Positions 9,042 through 17,733 of a DNA stretch of 64,000 nucleotides are shown piece after piece (the first letter of the stretch is position 1; every line of letters begins with the position of its first letter). The stretch is taken from contig JBBRCZ010000005.1 in the NCBI GenBank assembly GCA_038204425.1, forward strand, positions 96,001-160,000. The letters are read 5' to 3'. Made by a program: the position numbers and the translations under genes. Origin of the DNA: Spirochaetia bacterium. Its GTDB lineage: Bacteria > Spirochaetota > Spirochaetia > DSM-27196 > Salinispiraceae. The notes below the pieces were generated by a model. That model worked only from the letters and a program-made list of their open reading frames with translations, ran no database searches and had not been told where the DNA came from.

Positions 9042-10058
9042 GTGCTGTATATTAACTTTCCGGATTGGATAAAGCCCGAAATTATCCCCGGTCTTCCCAT
9101 CAGATGGTATGGTTTTATGTACTTAGTAGCATTTGCTATTACGTTCATGCTTTTTATGTGGCAGATTAAAAATAGAAAACTAAAGATCCCATCTGACTTG
9201 GTGGTGTCTATGTTTTTTTGGGCCATTGTTGGCATGTTTATAGGAGCAAGAATCTTCGCTGCAACTATCTATGACACAACTGGACGCTACTTGAGTCAAC
9301 CCTGGCTGATTTTTTGGCCCTTTGACGCAAAAATGAACTTTACCGGTCTGATGGGCATGAGCTATCATGGTGGTTTGGTTGGTGTAACAGCCGCCATAAT
9401 CATCTACCTCAAAATAAAGAAGCTGGATGTTCTTGACTGGGCTGATATGTTGGCCCAGGCTGTTCCACTTGGTTACACCTTTGGTCGCCTTGGCAACTTT
9501 ATTAACGGTGAACTCTTTGGAAGAGTCAGTGAATCGCCTTGGGGCATTGTATTTCCCAACGCCAGCCGTCTGCCAACTAGCGCAGTTTGGGTTAGAGAAA
9601 CAGCAGAACGAATCGGGATGCCAATCGAAGAAGGCGTAACCCTAGTTAATCTGCCTCGCCATCCAAGTCAACTTTACGAAGCATTTTTTGAAGGCATAGT
9701 GTTGTGGCTGATCCTTTGGTTTATTGTGCGCAAACATAAGCCTTTTAAAGGGTTTGCAATAGGTATTTACTTGATTGGTTATGCTTTCTTCCGATTTATT
9801 ATTGAATATTTCAGAGAACCCGACAAAGGCTTGGAATATGTAGTTCAGTTAGGGCCAAAGGACAATCCGCCCGAGTTGCTCATGAGCCTACTAAACTTTA
9901 GTACGGGCCAAGTTCTTAACTTTATTATGATACTGGCAGGGATAGCCATTTTGTTTGTATTTAAATATATACATGACAAAAGGCCACATGCCGAAACCTT
10001 TGATGCAGTGAGAACTAAGCCACAGAGGAAGTCGATACCCAATAAGAAAAGTAAATGA
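9042..10058 (+). CDS. lgt: Prolipoprotein diacylglyceryl transferase
   Basis: IRWYG, MSYHGG, GRLGNFINGELFGR, RHPSQLYE, RFIIEYFREPD. GTG start with AAGGAG SD. Confidence 0.97.
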   Translation: MLYINFPDWIKPEIIPGLPIRWYGFMYLVAFAITFMLFMWQIKNRKLKIPSDLVVSMFFWAIVGMFIGARIFAATIYDTTGRYLSQPWLIFWPFDAKMNFTGLMGMSYHGGLVGVTAAIIIYLKIKKLDVLDWADMLAQAVPLGYTFGRLGNFINGELFGRVSESPWGIVFPNASRLPTSAVWVRETAERIGMPIEEGVTLVNLPRHPSQLYEAFFEGIVLWLILWFIVRKHKPFKGFAIGIYLIGYAFFRFIIEYFREPDKGLEYVVQLGPKDNPPELLMSLLNFSTGQVLNFIMILAGIAILFVFKYIHDKRPHAETFDAVRTKPQRKSIPNKKSK

Positions 10059-10065
10059 ATCATCC

Positions 10066-10094
10066 AGCAGGTTCCGCTAGTTGCGGAGCCTGCT
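10066..10094. terminator. Hairpin between convergent lgt and TRIC genes
   Basis: AGCAGGTTCCGC-tagtt-GCGGAGCCTGCT inverted repeat. Confidence 0.7.
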
Positions 10095-10095
10095 T

Positions 10096-10716
10096 TCAGT
10101 TCCCTGGAATCTTGGGCAAGTGCCAGTTTTTTAGTACTGCCACCATGCGAACTATTGCGATCACGCTTGCCGATACTAAAGCTGAGACACTGTCAGGTAT
10201 TATGGCCAAATAAGCCAAAGCCACATAAAGTGCAGCCCCTAACAAGCTAGCTACTGCATATATTTCTCTTTGCAAAACCAAGGGTACTTCGCCACTCAAG
10301 ACGTCCCGTATCATACCGCCGCCTGTGCCACTCACTATGCCCATCATAATCGCAGCAAACCAACTAGCGTCCATGCTTAGGGAAATCTTTGCGCCAATAA
10401 CCGTGAATATACCCAGACCTACTGCATCCATCACTCTCAGGGGTGTGATTAAGTGCCTAAACGATTGGTGAAACAATACCACTAACAGTGATCCAAGCAA
10501 AGTAGCTGATACGTAGAGTATATCGGTAAAAACCATCGGCGGCGTTCTTCCCAAGAGAGCATCGCGAATCAGACCGCCACCCAATGCGGTAACGAGAGCG
10601 AGCACAAAGAGTCCATATAAATCGAGTTTCTTCTTGACCGCGGTCAGAGCGCCTGAAGTTGCAAAAACCAAGGTCCCTATCAAGTCGAAGACATAAAAAA
10701 ATCTATCAAGATCCAT
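10096..10716 (-). CDS. Trimeric intracellular cation channel family protein (UPF0126/YadS-like)
   Basis: Duplicated motifs TALGGGLIRD and SGTGGGMIRD, DAVGLG, REIYA. Confidence 0.92.
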   Translation of the reverse strand: MDLDRFFYVFDLIGTLVFATSGALTAVKKKLDLYGLFVLALVTALGGGLIRDALLGRTPPMVFTDILYVSATLLGSLLVVLFHQSFRHLITPLRVMDAVGLGIFTVIGAKISLSMDASWFAAIMMGIVSGTGGGMIRDVLSGEVPLVLQREIYAVASLLGAALYVALAYLAIIPDSVSALVSASVIAIVRMVAVLKNWHLPKIPGN

Positions 10717-10731
10717 AGTACCTGACTATAA

Positions 10732-10761
10732 AATACCCCCAGGCTTTATTCAGGGGGTATT
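10732..10761 (-). terminator. Intrinsic terminator of the DUF4914 gene
   Basis: AATACCCCC...GGGGGTATT stem with a short U-run on the minus strand. Confidence 0.65.
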
Positions 10762-10787
10762 GAGAAAAAACACGAATGATATTGAGA

Positions 10788-12656
10788 TTAACCAGGCAAA
10801 ACGTTGCTATAGTCTTCAAGACTACCGTTGTCCAAACAAACTTCTATTATTTTCTTACCGAGAGGATGTAGGTCGGCTGTCAAATATTTGTTCAGTTCTT
10901 GCTTAAAGAAAGCGCCAAGAATCTGCGCTCCTTTGTCGTAGCCGTCGATACCTACTTCCAACTGCTCATGAACTTGCAACAGTCCACGAGGAATTGTCTG
11001 GCCATTTACTTTTAGTCCTGTTAACTCGTAACCAAGCAAGGGACAACGTGCCGGTTGCATTTGCCTAAATCTCAAGTTACCGCGGCGAGCCATTACTTCC
11101 CTAGAGACCCATTCTGGATTGAAGCCAACGTGATACGCACCAACATATTGATTTGGAATCAAGACGTAGCGCGTGCCGGGTGTCTGGACAGAAAGCTCAA
11201 GCAGCATGTTGGCTTGTGTCACCATTTTTCCTGTCGCAAATGGCCAGTACGTTCCAACTCCCTCACTCACCAAGCCTGTTCCAGCAACTAGCACGCTTGG
11301 ATTTGCATGTCCTCTGGGCGCTGCCAGACGCCACAACCAACCCAAGGCAGGAGGTAGAATATGCAAGATGCCCAAAATGCCATAACTTGGACTCTCACGG
11401 CTTGTTGGTGGACATCGAACGCCAAAGCTGCGCACGTCCACTTCTACTTCGCCATCAGTTATGTTTTCTATAAAGTGACGGGGCACTATTACTCGTGGGT
11501 TAGGACATGGTTTACCCGGGGCATCCATGGTGTGTTCCCAGATCAGGGCGGTTGCACCTGGCTTTCCATCTATGTTAAGGAAAATCAAAGGCTCGGGTGG
11601 ATTTATACAAAGTTTTTCCAAGCCTGGTTCTTTTCCATACTCATTTAAGTGGTCGACGCGTAGGAACCAGCCGTTTTCTGCATCTGAAACTTTGAGTTTC
11701 TTCTGCGGGCCAGTGTAGCTTGGATGAGCCAAAGACATATCGTCAGTGACGGGGTGGAGCTCGCAGGTATCTTGCAGCTCGAGGAAGTGCTCTTCTTTGG
11801 TAATAGTGTTAGTAGCCAACAAAATACGACCATCAGATCCACGGTGAATTGGCTGAGTCATTTCGGTTTTTCCACCACCGCTTGCGCCTTCATGAAGAAT
11901 CACAAACTCGTTGTCATAAGGTGTTATGACTCTAACGGCAGACGAGTGAAGCGTTATCCAGCCATCGTGTTCACCGCGATCAATCAAGATTGAATAAACG
12001 CCCTTTTTGGCACTTGGACCTGGATACAAGTTATAACAAAACAACTCGTGCAGATCTTCTTGTCTATCATGTACAACTATTTGTTTGCCTGCAAAGTGAG
12101 TATGTCTAAATGGTGGCGCAATATAGAGAATACCTACTGGCGTAAAATCTTCGGGAATTTCACTTGCTGGAATAAATCCCTGCAAATCCGCAAGACCCGC
12201 CACGAAGAACCCAGCGTTGGCGGGTGCGACCAAAAGAGATGGATAGCCTTTTTTGTCGTTTCCACTCAAAAAGGGCATTACAATCAATTCTTCTTGCGAA
12301 GCAAACCAGTCAAACGTTTCTTTTTTTACTGCATCAAAGCTGGTTCCGAATCGTTTCTGATAGGTGGTTTTATCTGTCGGCTGAGAGTCGGCAATGACCA
12401 TAGCTTCAGGATCTCGGCGCCTCATGTTTGGGTCTATGTAGTTTACTGCAGCGCCATTCTTACAACGAGCTACCGTAGCTTCCACTACTCGGCCTTTGCC
12501 GGGGATATCGTAAGCAACTTCAAAGACCTCGCTTTGCCCACCAAAGGCCAATTCAAACAAACTCGAACGTTCCACGGGAATTGTAATTTTGACTTTCTCA
12601 AAGATTTTGCGCAGCTCATCCGGCACGCGGATTTTTGAAAGTGCATTTTTGATCAT
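10788..12656 (-). CDS. DUF4914 family protein (PEP-carboxykinase-like P-loop protein)
   Basis: 622 aa; MRRRDP, YNLYPGPSAKKGVY, HEGASGGGKTEM, VTDD, DAENGWF, CPNPRV. Family recalled from memory. Confidence 0.8.
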   Translation of the reverse strand: MIKNALSKIRVPDELRKIFEKVKITIPVERSSLFELAFGGQSEVFEVAYDIPGKGRVVEATVARCKNGAAVNYIDPNMRRRDPEAMVIADSQPTDKTTYQKRFGTSFDAVKKETFDWFASQEELIVMPFLSGNDKKGYPSLLVAPANAGFFVAGLADLQGFIPASEIPEDFTPVGILYIAPPFRHTHFAGKQIVVHDRQEDLHELFCYNLYPGPSAKKGVYSILIDRGEHDGWITLHSSAVRVITPYDNEFVILHEGASGGGKTEMTQPIHRGSDGRILLATNTITKEEHFLELQDTCELHPVTDDMSLAHPSYTGPQKKLKVSDAENGWFLRVDHLNEYGKEPGLEKLCINPPEPLIFLNIDGKPGATALIWEHTMDAPGKPCPNPRVIVPRHFIENITDGEVEVDVRSFGVRCPPTSRESPSYGILGILHILPPALGWLWRLAAPRGHANPSVLVAGTGLVSEGVGTYWPFATGKMVTQANMLLELSVQTPGTRYVLIPNQYVGAYHVGFNPEWVSREVMARRGNLRFRQMQPARCPLLGYELTGLKVNGQTIPRGLLQVHEQLEVGIDGYDKGAQILGAFFKQELNKYLTADLHPLGKKIIEVCLDNGSLEDYSNVLPG

Positions 12657-12805
12657 AATGACTCCGTGGATTGTATATTTATGCAGAGGATACGATCTTT
12701 TTAAAAATTATTCCAGTATCACGAGACAGACCTTGGCCCTATTTCTTTAGTCTTTGTCAGACAAAAAAACATTTTTTGCCATTTTTAAGTCGAGGCCTGA
12801 TTCCC

Positions 12806-12834
12806 TTGACAATCCGAATCACTTACGCTACGGT
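12806..12834 (+). promoter_or_regulatory. Sigma70 promoter of rpmG-rpmB
   Basis: TTGACA-N17-TACGGT. Confidence 0.6.
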
Positions 12835-12863
12835 GTAGCCCTTCATAGTTACAGAGGTGAAAA

Positions 12864-13034
12864 ATGGCTAAGAGCAATAAGGGAATAACTCGTGTGCGCC
12901 TTCAGAGTACTGAAAGTCCACATTGTTACTACACTACCAAGAATAAGCGCAACCTTCCGAATAAAATGGAATTCAACAAATATGATCCAGTTGTTCGCAA
13001 GCATGTTTTATACAAAGAGACAAGCAAGTTCTAG
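12864..13034 (+). CDS. rpmG: 50S ribosomal protein L33 (no zinc ribbon)
   Basis: Absent from the ORF track; 56 aa [64 protein letters not shown]. Confidence 0.95.
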   Translation: MAKSNKGITRVRLQSTESPHCYYTTKNKRNLPNKMEFNKYDPVVRKHVLYKETSKF

Positions 13035-13067
13035 GATTCGACAACAAGATAATATTTGGAGGACGTT

Positions 13068-13322
13068 GTGGCACGATATTGTAAGATTACTGACAAGAAA
13101 CCAATGGCAGCGAACAGCATTTCGCATGCCCATAACAAGAGCAATCGTTGGCAGAAACCCAACATGATCGAAAAGAAACTTTTTGATCCGGAACTTGGTC
13201 GTACAGTTCGAGTAAAAATTTCTACTCGAGCACTTCGAACGGTAACTAAAGTCGGCTTGAGTGCCTACTTAAGAAAGCTCAGTAAGAAGGGCAAGTTTAT
13301 CGCTCTCAAGGATCTCAAATAG
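13068..13322 (+). CDS. rpmB: 50S ribosomal protein L28
   Basis: MARYCKITDKKPMAANSISHAHNKSNRWQKPN...ISTRALRTV; GTG start after GGAGG. Confidence 0.95.
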   Translation: MARYCKITDKKPMAANSISHAHNKSNRWQKPNMIEKKLFDPELGRTVRVKISTRALRTVTKVGLSAYLRKLSKKGKFIALKDLK

Positions 13323-13350
13323 AAACTGCCCTTAAATGGAGTTTTTGTGA

Positions 13351-13380
13351 AAAAAAGGCAGCTGAAAGGCTGCTTTTTTT
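13351..13380 (+). terminator. Intrinsic terminator after rpmB
   Basis: AAAAAAGGCAGC-tgaaag-GCTGCTTTTTTT. Confidence 0.85.
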
Positions 13381-13438
13381 ATTTTCGGTGTAGAAAATAC
13401 CGATAGTTCAATTCATACTGTGAACTGGATGGTAGTGA

Positions 13439-14680
13439 ATGGATTTTTTTAAGTCTAGTAAACAACACGGTTTTAGTCTTCAACATATTATCTCTCTCGA
13501 TTCAGAGCTCAACAAGATACAAGATCTTGATGTTTTGTTGGAACGTACGCTGACCTTTGCACGTCGAATGATAGGTGCAGACGCTGGTTCGCTCTATCTT
13601 AAGAAAGACTCTGGACTTCAAATCAACTATTCTCAGAACGATACTTTGCAGGCCAGCCTTAAGCCAGGTCAAAAATTGATCTACAGTATCTTCACCATAA
13701 AAATCAACAAGCACACTATGTCTGGCTACGCTGCGGCAACCAAAGAGATGCTCAATATTGAAGATGTTTACAATTTGCCAGAAGATGCTCCGTATAGCTA
13801 CGACAAAACCTACGATGAAGCCGCAGGATATAGAACAAAATCCACGCTTTCTATTCCCCTGGTGTCCAACCAAGGTGAACTTTTAGGCGTTTTACAATTG
13901 ATAAACAAAAAGCAAGAAGACCAAGTTGTGTCGTTTACTACCGAAGACGATGCCGTTGCTCGACACTTTGCCAATAACGTGGTCGTGGCCTTAGAACGTG
14001 CTCGCATGACGCGAGCCATATTGCTTCGCATGATTCAAATGGCAGAGTTACGTGACCCCAAAGAAACGGGACCTCACGTTAATCGTGTGGCCGGATTCTC
14101 AGTTGAAATATATGAACGATGGGCCATCAAACACAATTTGCCCGAAGAGAAAATTGCCAAAGACATTGACAATCTACGCATGGCGGCCATGTTACATGAT
14201 GTGGGTAAGGTTGCAATTTCTGACTTAATATTAAAAAAGAATGGTGGTTTTACCCCAGAGGAACGAGAGGTCATGAAGACCCATACCATCAGCGGAGCCA
14301 AATTGTTCTTGGCCGACAAAAGCGACTTTGACAAGATGGCCATGGCTGTTGCACTCAATCACCACGAAAACTGGGATGGAAGTGGTTATCCTGGCCACGT
14401 TGATCTTCTAACCGGCAAAGCACTACGGAAAGACAAAAAAGGCAATAGTCTTGGCAAAGCTGGTTTAGAAATTCCACTTTATGGCCGTATAGTTTCGATC
14501 GCAGACGTCTACGATGCGTTGAGATCAGCGCGTGTATACAAACAGGCCTGGACAGAAGATAATGTATTGGCGGAAATTAGAAAGCTTAGCGGAACAAAAT
14601 TTGACCCGGAATTGGTTGATGCCTTTTTTGAAGTATACCCAACTCTACAAACGATTGCAGATCGATACAAAGAAAACTGA
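13439..14680 (+). CDS. GAF + HD-GYP cyclic-di-GMP phosphodiesterase
   Basis: GAF (GYRTKSTLSIPL, GVLQLINK), ETGPH, LHDVGK, HHENWDGSGYP, ADVYDALRSARVYK. Confidence 0.93.
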   Translation: MDFFKSSKQHGFSLQHIISLDSELNKIQDLDVLLERTLTFARRMIGADAGSLYLKKDSGLQINYSQNDTLQASLKPGQKLIYSIFTIKINKHTMSGYAAATKEMLNIEDVYNLPEDAPYSYDKTYDEAAGYRTKSTLSIPLVSNQGELLGVLQLINKKQEDQVVSFTTEDDAVARHFANNVVVALERARMTRAILLRMIQMAELRDPKETGPHVNRVAGFSVEIYERWAIKHNLPEEKIAKDIDNLRMAAMLHDVGKVAISDLILKKNGGFTPEEREVMKTHTISGAKLFLADKSDFDKMAMAVALNHHENWDGSGYPGHVDLLTGKALRKDKKGNSLGKAGLEIPLYGRIVSIADVYDALRSARVYKQAWTEDNVLAEIRKLSGTKFDPELVDAFFEVYPTLQTIADRYKEN

Positions 14681-14686
14681 TTTTAT

Positions 14687-14719
14687 AAAAAGGCTGCCTT
14701 AAAGTTGGGCAGCCTTTTT
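14687..14719. terminator. Bidirectional intrinsic terminator
   Basis: AAAAAGGCTGCC...GGCAGCCTTTTT between convergent HD-GYP and pntB. Confidence 0.88.
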
Positions 14720-14727
14720 CGTTTAAT

Positions 14728-16191
14728 TTAAGCTTCTTTATAAGCTTTGAGAACTTCTTCCATACCTTTTTTTGCATCTGCAAAAAACATCAAAGAATTG
14801 TCATTGGAGAAAAGTGGATTGGGAATGCCCGCAAACCCTGGTGCCAGAGATCTCTTTACTACAATAACCGTACGCGCTTTATCAACGTCGAGGATTGGCA
14901 TACCGGAAATAGGGCTTCCTGTTGCTTGGCGGGCTATCGGATTGACAACATCATTTGCGCCAATTACCAAGACCATGTCAGTATTGCCAAAACTTCCGTT
15001 GATAAGATCCATTTCTTTGAGTTTGTCATACGGAATGCTTTCTTCGGCCAACAAGACATTCATATGTCCCGGCATCCGACCAGCTACGGGATGAATGCCA
15101 AATTCGACCTCAACTCCTGAAGCTTCCAAGAGCTCATAGAGCTGTCTAACAGGGGTAACAGCTCGGCCTACTGCCATGCCATAACCTGGTACGATTACAA
15201 CGCGCTGGGCAATCTTGAGCAACGAAGCTATCTCTTCTGCACTGGTTGACTTCACTTTACCAGCGTAGATGTCTTCTCCTTCTTTTTGCGCGACAAACGC
15301 GCCTACTCCACCAAAAAGCACGTTAGCTAGGCTTCGATTCATTGCTTTGCACATCAGCTGAGTAAGAATAATACCTGAGGCACCTACCAATGATCCTGCT
15401 ACGATCAAGACGTTGTTTGTTGGTGCTAAGACAAATCCCGTTGCTGCAGCGGCGATACCTGAATAGCTGTTAAGCAAGGCAATTACGATAGGCATGTCTG
15501 CTCCGCCGATTGGAAGAGTCAAGAGAAAGCCAAGTACACTTGCAATAGCCACTATGATCCAATAGATGACAACTTTATCTACAAGGTTTCCGATTGCGGC
15601 AGGTTCTACGTATGCAATCGCAAAATATAGTGCGGTCAAAGCAAAGATGACTTTAACTATTTGTTCGCCTTTGTAACGAAGTGGTTTTTCGGAAACCACT
15701 CCTTGCAGTTTGCCGGCCGCAACCAACGAACCCCAAAAAGTAACTGCGCCAATTACCGCTGTTGCCGCCGTGGCTATGGCACTGACGGTGGACTCACCTG
15801 TCGCTTGGGTGCTAACTATAAGAAGAGTTGCAGCGGCCACCAAGACCGATGCGATTCCTCCAAAGCCGTTCAAAAGACCAACCAATTGAGGCATTTCCTT
15901 AAAGTCGATCTTAATCGCAAGAAGCGCTCCAATTACCGCCCCAGCAAGAACGCCGGCCAGCAAATAGATGGCAAATGGTGCAATGTCACCACTAAAGCCG
16001 ATAGCTCGCAGTTGAAAGGCCACATCTACAACAGCGCCAGCAATCGCTAGCAACATACCGCCTGCCCCTATTAAGTTGCCTCTGACAGCAGTTTTTGGGG
16101 ACGACATACCTTTAATTCCGAGGATAAAGAGTATCGCACCTACAAGATAAGCAAGATCGATAGATATTCTCAAAAACGTATCCAAACTCAT
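14728..16191 (-). CDS. pntB: NAD(P) transhydrogenase subunit beta
   Basis: IGGADMP, LNSYSG, VPGYGMA, HPVAGRMPGHMNVLLAE, GANDVVNP. Confidence 0.98.
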   Translation of the reverse strand: MSLDTFLRISIDLAYLVGAILFILGIKGMSSPKTAVRGNLIGAGGMLLAIAGAVVDVAFQLRAIGFSGDIAPFAIYLLAGVLAGAVIGALLAIKIDFKEMPQLVGLLNGFGGIASVLVAAATLLIVSTQATGESTVSAIATAATAVIGAVTFWGSLVAAGKLQGVVSEKPLRYKGEQIVKVIFALTALYFAIAYVEPAAIGNLVDKVVIYWIIVAIASVLGFLLTLPIGGADMPIVIALLNSYSGIAAAATGFVLAPTNNVLIVAGSLVGASGIILTQLMCKAMNRSLANVLFGGVGAFVAQKEGEDIYAGKVKSTSAEEIASLLKIAQRVVIVPGYGMAVGRAVTPVRQLYELLEASGVEVEFGIHPVAGRMPGHMNVLLAEESIPYDKLKEMDLINGSFGNTDMVLVIGANDVVNPIARQATGSPISGMPILDVDKARTVIVVKRSLAPGFAGIPNPLFSNDNSLMFFADAKKGMEEVLKAYKEA

Positions 16192-16529
16192 TTATTTTCC
16201 GCCTTTTGCACTTTCTTGACCGGATGAAACTTGCCCAACATACGGTGGGTAACTATGAAGCCACCTACCACGTTTATGCTTGCAAATAAAACTGAAGCAA
16301 TAGAAAAAACAATCACAATAAGTTTGATTGTGGGCTCGTTGACTGCCTCGGCCAAGCCCAAGGCAAGGATAGCGCCAACTATCGAAATACCTGAGATTGC
16401 ATTGGATCCAGACATCAATGGAGTATGAAGCAGACTTGGCACTTTGTTGATCATTTCAAAACCCACAAAGATTGCCAATACAAACACAGTTACTATATTC
16501 AGAAAGGTACTAATACTAGTCAATTCCAT
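16188..16529 (-). CDS. pntAB: NAD(P) transhydrogenase subunit alpha, part 2 (membrane)
   Basis: KVPSLLHTPLMSGSNAISG, NVVGGFIVTHRML. ATG 16529 with GGAG SD. Confidence 0.96.
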   Translation of the reverse strand: MELTSISTFLNIVTVFVLAIFVGFEMINKVPSLLHTPLMSGSNAISGISIVGAILALGLAEAVNEPTIKLIVIVFSIASVLFASINVVGGFIVTHRMLGKFHPVKKVQKAENK

Positions 16530-16574
16530 AAAAACGCTCCTTCTAGCTGCTTTTGCAACCAAGCTAACACCGGA

Positions 16575-17720
16575 TTAAATACCGAGTGTCTGACTATTCT
16601 TTTCGTTGGCACCCTTGCCAGCATGAGTCAGAATACAAGCTGCGATAATCTCATCTTCGAGATTGATCGAAAAATTCTTTTCTTTGTCAAAGAATAGCCC
16701 CAAAAAAGTACTGATGTTTTTGCTAAAGAGTTGGCTTGCAGTGTTTGCAAGTCTGGCTGCTAAGTTGAGTGGCGCCATTATAGTGACTCCATGTGCAACG
16801 ATGGTCTTGCCTGGCTGTGACAAAACGCAGTTGCCGCCACGTTCCGCTGCAAGGTCCATAATCACACTGCCCGGTGCCATCGCTTTTACCATTTCTTCTG
16901 AAATGAGTTTGGGCGAAGGACGTCCAGGAATAGCGGCCGTAGAAATTATTACGTCAATGTCCTTAGCATAAGCAATTAACTTTTCTTGCTGTTTCTTCTT
17001 TTGCTCGTCGCTCAGTTCTTTTGCATAGCCCCCTTGGCCTTCTGCAGATCCAAGATCAAACTCAACAAAGCGTGCACCAAGACTCTCAACTTGTTCTTTG
17101 ACGGCGGGGCGAACATCAAACGCACTTACAACGCTTCCAAGTCGCTTGGCGGTGGCCAAAGCCTGTAAACCAGCGACCCCTGCTCCCAAAACGAATACTT
17201 TGGCAGGAACGACGGTCCCAGCTGCGGTCATCATCATTGGAAACATTTTTGGCAGGTTTTCGGCGGCCTGTAAAACACCGAGGTAACCGGCAAGACTCGC
17301 CATAGACGACAAGACATCCATGCTTTGAGCACGAGTAATTCGTGGAATGAGTTCCAAAGAGAACGAACTGATCTGCTTCTCCTTGTAGATCTTAAAGCTC
17401 TCATGAGCTTGGTATGGATCCATCATTGCGATCAGAACCTGGCCTTCTTTTTGAATGGCCGCATCTTTTAGACTGTGGTCACCATCTGCAGAGCCAGCCC
17501 TCACGGCGAGCACTATCTCAGATTCCGACAAAATCGTTTTTCTGTCAGTTACATGTGCGCCTGCTTTTACATAAGCATCATCTGGAAATCCAGCGGCTGC
17601 ACCAGCGTTGGTTTCTATCTGAATTGCATGTCCAGCCTTAATCAGACCAGCTATGTGAGCTGGAACCAAAGCGACTCTGGTTTCCAAGGCATGTTGTTCC
17701 TTGGGTACACCTATTTTCAT
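16575..17720 (-). CDS. pntAA: NAD(P) transhydrogenase subunit alpha, part 1
   Basis: MKIGVPKE..ETRVA, RITRAQSMDVLSS, GAGVAGL, DLAAERGGNC. Confidence 0.97.
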   Translation of the reverse strand: MKIGVPKEQHALETRVALVPAHIAGLIKAGHAIQIETNAGAAAGFPDDAYVKAGAHVTDRKTILSESEIVLAVRAGSADGDHSLKDAAIQKEGQVLIAMMDPYQAHESFKIYKEKQISSFSLELIPRITRAQSMDVLSSMASLAGYLGVLQAAENLPKMFPMMMTAAGTVVPAKVFVLGAGVAGLQALATAKRLGSVVSAFDVRPAVKEQVESLGARFVEFDLGSAEGQGGYAKELSDEQKKKQQEKLIAYAKDIDVIISTAAIPGRPSPKLISEEMVKAMAPGSVIMDLAAERGGNCVLSQPGKTIVAHGVTIMAPLNLAARLANTASQLFSKNISTFLGLFFDKEKNFSINLEDEIIAACILTHAGKGANEKNSQTLGI

Positions 17721-17733
17721 TAAAAGACTCCTT

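Noticed and set aside
12048..12638. 196-aa plus-strand ORF
   Set aside because: Antisense to the DUF4914 gene.
12892..13167. 91-aa ORF
   Set aside because: Out-of-frame overlap of the real rpmG and rpmB genes.
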